Source of the DNA: Candidatus Woesearchaeota archaeon | GTDB lineage: Archaea > Nanobdellota > Nanobdellia > Woesearchaeales > UBA10216 | DNA: 42,812 bases | Assembly: GCA_018303115.1 (NCBI GenBank) | Contig: JAGVYT010000013.1 | Span: 1-42,812 of the forward strand | Direction of reading: 5' to 3' | Shown here: piece after piece, positions 18,259 to 26,183 of the stretch | How the letters are laid out: each line of letters opens with the position of its first letter | How positions within the stretch are numbered: the first letter of the stretch is position 1 | Translations under genes and position numbers: made by a program | Notes under the pieces: generated by a model | What the model was told of the DNA's origin: nothing | The model's database searches: none | The model's input: the letters and a program-made list of their open reading frames with translations, nothing else

Positions 18259-18309
18259 TGAAATAATGTTTCAGTAGTATTTAAATATTGTTTCATCTAC
18301 TGAAACAAT
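18259..18309. promoter_or_regulatory. TGAAAY/GTTTCA inverted-repeat cluster around a TATA box
   Basis: TGTTTCAGTAG (18267-18277) / CTACTGAAACA (18297-18307); ATTGTTTCA-N5-TGAAACAAT; TATTTAAATA between. Confidence 0.6.
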
Positions 18310-18381
18310 CAGGTTTAAAGGAAAACTTTTTAAAACACAGGAGAACAGCGTGAAGGATTCGGAAAACGGAGGAGATGTTGA

Positions 18382-19137
18382 ATGGCTGAACATGAAAAGC
18401 ACCAGCATGAAAAGCGGGTAGATGATGAAGAAAGCTTTAAGATAAAGAAGGTTACGTTATGGCAGGCAATCTCAGGTGTTCTGGGGGTTCTGCTCATTAT
18501 TTCCATATATACAGGGGGTTTTTGGTTTGGCAGCGAAGGCAGCGCAGCCAATGCCCCGCCTGCCGCAGCTGCGCCTAGCGCTCCTAGCGGCGAGCAGGCA
18601 GCCCCTGCAGGGGCAGAGGTTGAGGTTGGCGATGCGCCTACAATGGGCAGGGAGGATGCCCCGGTTACGTTGATTGAGTTTTCAGACTTCCAGTGCCCGT
18701 TCTGCGGCAGGCATTTTTCGCAGACACATCCGCAGATAAAACAGTATTACATTGACACCGGAAAGGTAAGGTTTGTCTACAAGCACTTCCCGCTTGATAG
18801 CATCCACCCGCAGGCTACGCCTGCTGCGCTTGCTTCAGAGTGCGCAAAGGAGCAGGGCAAGTTCTGGGAATACCACGACATTATTTTCCAGAACCAGCAA
18901 TCGCTTGGGGATGCCAGCTATAAGCAGTGGGCTGCCCAGCTTAGCCTTGACACCGCACAGTTTAACGACTGCTATGACAGCCAAAAATACCTTTCAGATG
19001 TGAGAAGCGACTTGCAGGAAGGCTCAGCCGCCGGTGTTAGAGGAACGCCTGGCTTTTTCCTTAATGGCCAGCCAATAAGCGGGGCGCAGCCCTTCAGCGT
19101 TTTCCAGCAGGCCATTGAAGCTGAGCTTTCAGGCTGA
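18382..19137 (+). CDS. DsbA/BdbD-family thioredoxin-fold protein
   Basis: EFSDFQCPFC, HFPL..HP.A, GVRGTP, GAQP; N-terminal TM. Confidence 0.93.
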   Translation: MAEHEKHQHEKRVDDEESFKIKKVTLWQAISGVLGVLLIISIYTGGFWFGSEGSAANAPPAAAAPSAPSGEQAAPAGAEVEVGDAPTMGREDAPVTLIEFSDFQCPFCGRHFSQTHPQIKQYYIDTGKVRFVYKHFPLDSIHPQATPAALASECAKEQGKFWEYHDIIFQNQQSLGDASYKQWAAQLSLDTAQFNDCYDSQKYLSDVRSDLQEGSAAGVRGTPGFFLNGQPISGAQPFSVFQQAIEAELSG

Positions 19138-19160
19138 ATTTAGGTATACGGAGGGATGGA

Positions 19161-19682
19161 ATGCTGGGCAAAGAGGATTTCAGGCTGCGTTGGAATTTTG
19201 TTAAAGGCGTGTTTGCAGGCAGGGGCTATGCGCTGCTTTTCGTTGTTTTGCTTGCGTCATATCTCGGATTTAACTTCTGGATTAACAGATTTTACGAGAC
19301 ACTGCCCACACTTCTCAGCTTAAGGCTTTCTGTGATTGCTCCTTACGCGGCAGGCACAGTCCTAATTAGCCTTCTTGTTGCGCTTAACATTACTGTAATA
19401 ATTTACAAGCTGAGGCAGGTCATGGTGTTTGGGAAAGAGGTTGGCGTTACCGCTGTTGGCATGTTTGGAGGGACGCTTGGAGGAGCCTGCCCCGGATGCT
19501 TTGTAGGGGTTTTTCCTGCAGTGGCAGGGCTGTTTGGAGTTACAGCAACCCTCAGTTCGCTGCCATTCCTTGGCTTTGAGATTCTGATTCCAACTCTGCT
19601 GGTAGCTCTGGTTGCGCTTTACCTTGTTGCAAAGCCCCTGACGTGCGCTCCGGATAACGCTTCAAAGAAGAAAAACAACTGA
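19161..19682 (+). CDS. membrane protein with intramembrane CPGC
   Basis: ~4 TM helices; GGACPGC; SD GGAGG. Confidence 0.8.
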   Translation: MLGKEDFRLRWNFVKGVFAGRGYALLFVVLLASYLGFNFWINRFYETLPTLLSLRLSVIAPYAAGTVLISLLVALNITVIIYKLRQVMVFGKEVGVTAVGMFGGTLGGACPGCFVGVFPAVAGLFGVTATLSSLPFLGFEILIPTLLVALVALYLVAKPLTCAPDNASKKKNN

Positions 19683-19686
19683 TTCC

Positions 19687-20286
19687 ATGGAGTCCATCGA
19701 AATTAGGAAATCACACTTTTACGTCCTTGTTTCAGTGGTCGCTGTAGTTTCATTGGCTGCGCTTTTCTTTTTCAGTGGCAGTAATTCGCAAGAGCTGGGA
19801 GCTATAAGTTCCGGAATAACTCTTGATGAAAGGTTTGAAGTTCTCAGCAATTCAAGGACAAGCTTGTGCGCTGGCCCGGAGTTCATAAATGGTAAACAGG
19901 ATGATGAGAGCTTGCAGGGCGCTTGCTGCTCTGCCATGGACTTCCACCGCTATTCCGAGCAGGTTGAGGGGCTTAAGAAGTATGCGTCTTTTGATGCAAT
20001 ACCGCCTGACCCTTACGATATTCCTGTGCCTCTTGCAAATAGGTTGCTTGACTACCAGAAAACGATTTCGCTGACTATTGAGCAGCAGGAAATATATGAC
20101 GGAGCTGTTAAGCTCTCGCATGAAGGCGGCCCCTGCTGCTGCAAGTGCTGGAGATGGTATGCGTTTGAGGGGCTTGCCAAATACCTCATTACCGAGCACG
20201 GCTTTAACGCCTGGCAGATTGCTGAGGTGTGGGATTTGGAAGATGGCTGTGGGGGGGAGGCTCATGCTGGGGAAGCGCACGCATAG
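19687..20286 (+). CDS. membrane-anchored Cys-rich protein
   Basis: TM; GACCS; GPCCCKC; GLAKYLITEHG; DGCGG and His tail. Confidence 0.82.
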   Translation: MESIEIRKSHFYVLVSVVAVVSLAALFFFSGSNSQELGAISSGITLDERFEVLSNSRTSLCAGPEFINGKQDDESLQGACCSAMDFHRYSEQVEGLKKYASFDAIPPDPYDIPVPLANRLLDYQKTISLTIEQQEIYDGAVKLSHEGGPCCCKCWRWYAFEGLAKYLITEHGFNAWQIAEVWDLEDGCGGEAHAGEAHA

Positions 20287-20391
20287 GGCTGACGGCATTG
20301 GGATACTGGAAGTCCGTGATGGCAAGATTGCCAAAATTCCGAAAGAATTAAATAAGATTGGCTTGTGATGTTTCAGGAAGGTGGTGCTAAA

Positions 20392-20914
20392 ATGAAAAGT
20401 TACCTGTATATTTTAGGATTGCTTGCGGTTCGCTGGTTGCACTTATGCGGCCCAAGAAACCGGTAAATCTGCTGAAGCGGTAAATGAAATTGTGACTGAA
20501 GATTCTACTACTGATGTTTCTGAAGCTCCTAAGGATAATGATGTCGGAGCTGCTGAAGGAACTACGGAAACTGAAACAGACGCCACAGCAACAGACGTTA
20601 ATCCGGAAACCGTGCAGGGGGTTGTTGGCGCTCAGCCAGAAGTGAAGGAATTTACAATGACAGCGAAGCGATGGGAGTTTGAACCGGAAGTGATAAGGGT
20701 TAACGAGGGCGACACTGTCAGGTTATTCATAAAAAGCATTGACGTTGCTCACGGCTTTGCAGTCCCTGATTTTGGTGTTAACGAGCGCCTTAACCCGGGA
20801 CAAACTGTTAAAGTAGAATTTGTTGCAGACAAAACGGGAATATTCACTTTCTTTTGCTCTGTGCAGTGCGGCTCAGGGCACAGCAGCATGAATGGGCAGC
20901 TGATAGTGGAATGA
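20392..20914 (+). CDS. CuA-type cupredoxin lipoprotein, frameshifted near 20428
   Basis: DVAHG..CSVQCGSGH..M CuA ligands; signal MKSYLYILGLLAV (ATG 20392 with SD) is out of frame with FAGC. Confidence 0.85.
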
Positions 20915-21363
20915 TGAAAGCAGTTGACAGCTGCAAAAGTTACGCTCCGGCGCTTGTAAGAATAGCAGTCAGCCTTGTTTTCCTCTGGTTTGGGGTAAGC
21001 CAGCTTGTTAACCCTGAATCTTTTCTTGGCTATATCCCTGGCTGGTTATACCCGCACCCCTCGGAAATGCAGCACGCCCATCCACTGCAGTTTCTCCACA
21101 ACATTTCAGGGCTGGCTCACTGGGTGATAATGGGCAATGGCTTCTTTGAGACTTTTTTCGGAGCCTTTTTACTTCTCGGCTTTTTTACAAGAATCGCCGC
21201 TTTTTTGCTGTCGTTCCATCTGGTTGCAATAGCCCTCGTCCTTGGCTACAATGACATAGCTGTGAGGGATTTGGGGTTGTCTGCCGTGACATTTTCGGTT
21301 TTTCTAAACGGCCCTGACAGGCTTTGCACTGGTAAAAGGTTAAGGAAGTTAAACGTTTTTTAA
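20911..21363 (+). CDS. DoxX-family membrane protein
   Basis: RIAVSLVFLWFG, E..LLLGFFTR, RDLGL; His-rich loop; ATGA overlap. Confidence 0.88.
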   Translation: MMKAVDSCKSYAPALVRIAVSLVFLWFGVSQLVNPESFLGYIPGWLYPHPSEMQHAHPLQFLHNISGLAHWVIMGNGFFETFFGAFLLLGFFTRIAAFLLSFHLVAIALVLGYNDIAVRDLGLSAVTFSVFLNGPDRLCTGKRLRKLNVF

Positions 21364-21385
21364 GGAATGCGGCGTGTGCCTTTTA

Positions 21386-21649
21386 CTAAACAATATCCTC
21401 TTCAGACACCACTAGGAAATCTCCTATTGCAAGCACTGAGCTGAATGGTATCAGGATGGAGCCTTCCTCATCCTTTTCCAGCTCCAGCTTCTGGATGTAG
21501 GGAGTGGGGTTTGAAAGCACGAGGTGTATGAGCTCGCCTGAGCGCGTTTCAAACACTATATCGCCAACTTCTCCAAAGCGCCTGCCGCTCTTGCTCACGA
21601 CAGTTTTTCCTATAAGCTTTCTAGAATAATTCTTTTCTTCTTCAGCCAT
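21386..21649 (-). CDS. archaeal PRC-barrel protein (CdpB-like)
   Basis: LIGKTVV..G..FGEVGDIVF..SGEL..IPFSSV.AIGDFLVV. Confidence 0.9.
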   Translation of the reverse strand: MAEEEKNYSRKLIGKTVVSKSGRRFGEVGDIVFETRSGELIHLVLSNPTPYIQKLELEKDEEGSILIPFSSVLAIGDFLVVSEEDIV

Positions 21650-21859
21650 AAACCCACCCAGTTACCATTTGAAAATGCTAATTTTTCCCCTTTTCAAGAC
21701 GCTTTTAATTGGTAGCTAATATATAAATTTTGTGGAAAACCGCTTTAGCGGCGGTTGATGCAACTGCTGCAGCTAAAAATTGTCGTTGCAACCCCCTCGC
21801 GAAACTTACTTCAGATTCCTGTAGAAACCTTTATATTAGCTCTGGCTATCCCGCAATTC

Positions 21860-22819
21860 ATGGAAAGCATGATATGGACTGAGAAATACCGTCCGAATGA
21901 TTTTTCTGAGATAATGGGGCAGGATGAGATAGTGGCAAGGGCGAAGGCATTTGTGAAAAAGGGTAACATGCCTCACCTGCTTCTGGCAGGCCCTCCCGGA
22001 GTTGGCAAGACAACGCTTTCCCTTGTTATTGCGAAGCAGCTTTACAGGGATGAATGGCGCCGGAACATTCTGGAACTGAACGCTTCTTCCGAAAGGGGCA
22101 TAGACGTCATAAGGAACACTGTTAAGGACTTTGCCAGGACAAAGTCCATCGGGGATGTTCCTTTTAAGATTTGCCTCTTGGATGAGGCAGACTCCCTTAC
22201 AAAAGAGGCGCAGCAGGCCCTTCGCAGGACGATGGAGAATTACACTGCAACCTGCAGGTTTATACTTCTTGCGAACTATTCCTCTAAGATTATTGAGCCT
22301 ATTCAAAGCAGGTGCGCGGTTTTCAGGTTCAAGCCGCTTGGCAAAGCTCAGTTACTCAGGATAATTGATAAGATAGCAGTTAATGAAAAAATAAAGGTGG
22401 ATGAAAAGGGAAAGAATGCCATAATGGAAGTTAGCGAGGGAGACTGCCGCAGACTGGAAAACGTAATGCAGAGCTGCGCTGCCGTAAGCGATTCAATAAC
22501 AGAGGAAACTGTTTATTCCGTAGCCAGCGCTGCAAAACCAAAAGAAATAAAAGAGGTAATTGCCTTAGCACTAGGCAACCGGTTCACAGAAGCCAGAAAC
22601 AAGCTTCTGGAAACCATGCTAAACCATGGTTTGGCAGGACTCGATATAATAAAGCACATACAAAATGAGGTGCTAAGCCTGGATATTGAAAGCAGGAAAA
22701 AGATGCGCCTTATTGAAAGCTGCGGTGAAATCGAGTTCAGGATGTCGGAAGGCGCTGACGAGTTCGTGCAGCTTGAGGCGCTGCTGAGCCGTTTTGCCAT
22801 AGTTGGTGAAAAATCTTGA
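21860..22819 (+). CDS. rfcS: replication factor C small subunit
   Basis: WTEKYRP, GPPGVGKT, LELNAS, LDEAD, SRC; ATG at 21860. Confidence 0.97.
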   Translation: MESMIWTEKYRPNDFSEIMGQDEIVARAKAFVKKGNMPHLLLAGPPGVGKTTLSLVIAKQLYRDEWRRNILELNASSERGIDVIRNTVKDFARTKSIGDVPFKICLLDEADSLTKEAQQALRRTMENYTATCRFILLANYSSKIIEPIQSRCAVFRFKPLGKAQLLRIIDKIAVNEKIKVDEKGKNAIMEVSEGDCRRLENVMQSCAAVSDSITEETVYSVASAAKPKEIKEVIALALGNRFTEARNKLLETMLNHGLAGLDIIKHIQNEVLSLDIESRKKMRLIESCGEIEFRMSEGADEFVQLEALLSRFAIVGEKS

Positions 22820-24759
22820 CGCTACAAGAAATATCAGAGTTCTACAGCAGGCGGGTGCATTCCAAAGAGCAGGAAATAGAAAAATTAAGGCGCCACATAT
22901 CGCAGCTTGAAAGTTCTGAAAGCAGGCTTAGCGGAGAGTTTGAAAGGCAGCTTAGGGAAAAGGACGGGCAGGTTAAAAAGCTTTTACGCATGCTAAAGCC
23001 AGGCGATGGCAAAGGCGACCATGACGAGATTGCAGAAGCCTACAAAATTCAGCTGTTTTCCAGTAAAAAGGAGGTAGAAAGGCTGAGAAGGTGTATTTCA
23101 GAAATAAAGGCATCTGAAAAAAACCTGATTCACTCGGAAGAGCTTGCTGGCAGGGAAGTGAAGATAAAAAAGCTCTTAAGCCTGCTAAAGTCACGGGAAG
23201 AGGAAAACCGGAAGCTGTCAGAACAGCTTGATGACAGGATAATAACAGAAAGGGACTACGCCGGAAAAATAAAAGATGCGCTGGAAAAGAAGGAAAGGTC
23301 TGACAGGAACCTGTTTGAAAGCTTAAAAGAGGACCTTGACAGGAAGAATGAAGAGGCAGAAAGGCTTAGGGCTCTTGCATTTTCCCAGGAAAGGGTGGTG
23401 AAACAGCTTAACAACCAGGTTATTGAATATAAAAAGCGCATAAGCCGCTTCGAAACGTTTCTTGAGGAAAAAGAGCTCATGATGGACAAGCTTGAGAGGA
23501 ACTTCTCCCAGCAGTTGAAAAACAAGGATTATGAAATAGGGAAGCTTAGCGGGGAAACAAGCAAGCAGGTTGGCAGAAAGGACTTAAGATTGCAGGAAGA
23601 GATTGTAAAGCTGAAAACAAAACTGGAAGCGAAGGAAGAAGGGCTCAGTGAGCTTGCTGAAAGCTTTGCAAACCTGAAAGAGAAGAACAGGATTCTTGGA
23701 AGAAGGCTTGAAGAGAGGCAAAAGCTGTTTGTGGAAAGCGAAAACACCTACAACAGGCTTGTGCATTCCCTGAGGGAGCAGCATGAACGCAGAATAAAAG
23801 AGATTATTCACAGGAGCACTCACCAGGAAATAATATTGAGAACAGAGCTGGACAAACTAAAAGCAGAGCAAAATGGAAAAGAGGCCGAAGTTGCTGAAAA
23901 GCAGAAGGAGATAGACGATACGTTGCTGCAGTTTGCTGAAACGTCAAAGAAGCTCCTTGCAATAAAAGGGCTGGAGGGCTTTTCGGATTTAGACATCAGC
24001 GCTGCCCAATTAAAGGAAAAGGAAGATTATCTGAAGAAGAAGGGGGCAGAGCTTGCCTCGCTTCTGGAAGAAGCGGCTGAAAAGGTAAGCGAGGCTAACA
24101 GGAAGGAGGCTGAAATCGCGAAGCGCGAGGAAATGCTTCTGAAAGAGCAGGAAGCTGTTAATAACGAGCTTGCCATACTAAAGAGCGCAGGAATATCCAT
24201 AGGAATGGACAGGAGATACTTAAAGGAAAAGATAGAAGAGTATGCTGCTCCGAGGGCTGTTGAGCAGCCGCGGGCTTTCAGGGAAGAGTCTCTTCCTGAA
24301 ATGCCTGAGATTGTTGAAGAAAAACCTGCTGATGAGCTAGAAGCGGTAGAAGCTCCTGCACTAACCGCTGTGTCAGAAAAGGAGGAAAAGGCTGATGTTC
24401 TTGGAATCCTCAGAAAACAGCCTTCTGGAATTGCCAAGGCTGAAAAGCCTTTGCCAAAGAAAAATGGCATGGTGTTCAGGCAGGCTGAAACAAAGGCAAG
24501 GCTTCTGCCAAAGCCGCCTTCCCGCATAATGAAGGCAAGGATTGAGCGCCCGAAGCTTAAGGAGGCTTTGATAAAGCAGGCTGAAAGGCAGGACGCTTTC
24601 CCTGAAGAAAGCGGCTACGGCGAAGTTGAGGAGATAAAGTCAATAATAGGCATCGGACTCCAGCACGGCGATTCCCTGGAAAGAATAGAGGAATCGCTGA
24701 TATCTTCAGGATACTCAAAGAAGAACATAGAAAAGGCGGTTCAGGAAGCTAAGGGGTAA
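22816..24759 (+). CDS. long coiled-coil protein
   Basis: ~470 aa E/K/L/R heptad-rich region, no Walker motifs, small helical C-terminal domain; TTGA overlap with rfcS. Confidence 0.8.
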   Translation: MTLQEISEFYSRRVHSKEQEIEKLRRHISQLESSESRLSGEFERQLREKDGQVKKLLRMLKPGDGKGDHDEIAEAYKIQLFSSKKEVERLRRCISEIKASEKNLIHSEELAGREVKIKKLLSLLKSREEENRKLSEQLDDRIITERDYAGKIKDALEKKERSDRNLFESLKEDLDRKNEEAERLRALAFSQERVVKQLNNQVIEYKKRISRFETFLEEKELMMDKLERNFSQQLKNKDYEIGKLSGETSKQVGRKDLRLQEEIVKLKTKLEAKEEGLSELAESFANLKEKNRILGRRLEERQKLFVESENTYNRLVHSLREQHERRIKEIIHRSTHQEIILRTELDKLKAEQNGKEAEVAEKQKEIDDTLLQFAETSKKLLAIKGLEGFSDLDISAAQLKEKEDYLKKKGAELASLLEEAAEKVSEANRKEAEIAKREEMLLKEQEAVNNELAILKSAGISIGMDRRYLKEKIEEYAAPRAVEQPRAFREESLPEMPEIVEEKPADELEAVEAPALTAVSEKEEKADVLGILRKQPSGIAKAEKPLPKKNGMVFRQAETKARLLPKPPSRIMKARIERPKLKEALIKQAERQDAFPEESGYGEVEEIKSIIGIGLQHGDSLERIEESLISSGYSKKNIEKAVQEAKG

Positions 24760-24790
24760 AACTGATTCTTTAATAGGCTAAAGTTTAGAT

Positions 24791-25013
24791 GGCATTGTTG
24801 AAAGTCTTGCCTGTTTGCTTCTTTGGCTTGCCCTGTTTTATCTCTCCCCTTAACATTTTAGAGGGGGGAGATAAAATTAAAGGCGGCAGGAACAGAATCA
24901 AAACAGGCAAAAAAGTTTAGCGACACTGAGCTTATTTTCTCTCCTCCTTGCATAGTTATGGAGGAGAGAAAATAAGCGGCTGACAGGCAAAACACGCGAT
25001 AGTTTACTTTGCC
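24791..25013. mobile_element. MITE C (223 bp), chimera of B-type and A-type
   Basis: Perfect TSD AGTTTAGAT (24782-24790, 25014-25022); ends GGCATTGTTG / TTTACTTTGCC; hairpins 24836-24876 and 24930-24977. Confidence 0.9.
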
Positions 25014-25016
25014 AGT

Positions 25017-26027
25017 TTAGATTAAGTGCTTTACAAGAACATTTGTAGTAACCGAATCCCGCGCATAATAAGCAAGTGTCACATCAAAGGTCTTAATGCT
25101 GTCCCTATCAATATTTGACAATGTCTGAATGCATGTGAATGAGCCGCTGCCTCCTGAGAGCAGAAGCTCTCCAGTGAAACCCTTAGCCGTGGTAGAATCT
25201 TCTGTCTCATAATCAAGTGCCTCCCCACCGACCAAACCAACGCAATTCAGGCCCGGAATGCCTGTGTTAACCTCTACTTCTATCCTGTTTTTATTCTTGA
25301 AGTCATCATTGCAGGTTTCAGTTGGTTCGTTTTTGAAAATGTCGCTGGAGCCAACCTTTTGGACGTCAAAATTGAGCAAAAGCTTGTTTCTGCCGCCAAC
25401 ACTCTGGGTAATAGAAGTCACTTGCACCGGAGCGCCTGAGTTGCTTACAGTCCTTGAGCCTGTAGGGTTGCAGACAGGTCGCTCTTTCTTTGTAAGGTCT
25501 TCCATCAGGCAAACTTGCGAAAGGACTTTGGTATTGTAAGGGTAGCACGCCTCTGCCCTGAAAGGGAACGCCTGACTGCCTGTCAATTCTTTTTGGTATG
25601 CAAATTTTTCAATAACAGATTTTGGAAAAGTGAACTGGTCTACGGCTCCCTGAATTCTGTTTCCGTCAGGGTCTTTGCTCACACCATTGACTGTGCCGGC
25701 ATTCGCAGCCTTTAGTTCTTGAGTGTCAGTTATGCCAAAGTCTCCGGGGAAAAACCCGGACATAGTAACAACCAAAGCTTCTTGAGGAATGTCGTGTTCA
25801 CCGACGTTTTCTATGGTCACAGTAGCATCAAATTCAAAAGCTTCATTAGCTTCTGTTTTGTCAGTGACTTCTGAAGGGGGGGAGTTCTCAACAAAAGACA
25901 TTTTAATTGCAGATGTGCCGCCGACAAAAGCGTCGCCCGGCGAAACACCAGCTCCCTTGTCAGCCTGGCATCCGGCAGCGATTAAAAGAATCCCCAGAAA
26001 AGATAACAATATAGTTATGTTTCTCAT
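25017..26027 (-). CDS. beta-rich surface lipoprotein
   Basis: AAGC lipobox; ACYPY, GAPV motifs shared with 29133. Confidence 0.82.
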   Translation of the reverse strand: MRNITILLSFLGILLIAAGCQADKGAGVSPGDAFVGGTSAIKMSFVENSPPSEVTDKTEANEAFEFDATVTIENVGEHDIPQEALVVTMSGFFPGDFGITDTQELKAANAGTVNGVSKDPDGNRIQGAVDQFTFPKSVIEKFAYQKELTGSQAFPFRAEACYPYNTKVLSQVCLMEDLTKKERPVCNPTGSRTVSNSGAPVQVTSITQSVGGRNKLLLNFDVQKVGSSDIFKNEPTETCNDDFKNKNRIEVEVNTGIPGLNCVGLVGGEALDYETEDSTTAKGFTGELLLSGGSGSFTCIQTLSNIDRDSIKTFDVTLAYYARDSVTTNVLVKHLI

Positions 26028-26068
26028 ACCGCTGCTTTTTGTAAAATCTTTATATAAATCTTTCTATT

Positions 26069-26122
26069 TGTCAGAAATCCTGGAGATTTCTGAGCATGCT
26101 CAGAACGCTTTGCGTTCTGACA
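26069..26122. repeat. REP-like double hairpin, copy 2
   Basis: TCAGAAATC-CTGGA-GATTTCTGA GCATGC TCAGAACGC-TTT-GCGTTCTGA between divergent promoters. Confidence 0.8.
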
Positions 26123-26183
26123 TTTCATATATGAAACTTTAGGCAAAGTATTAAATATGGAAAGGACAGGAATAGCGTAGTAA

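Noticed and set aside
20078-20368. 96-aa alternative-frame ORF
   Set aside because: Mostly overlaps 19687-20286 out of frame; no start signal; tail may be a remnant but unsupported
22816-24759. Rad50/SMC
   Set aside because: No Walker A/B, signature, zinc-hook or hinge motifs
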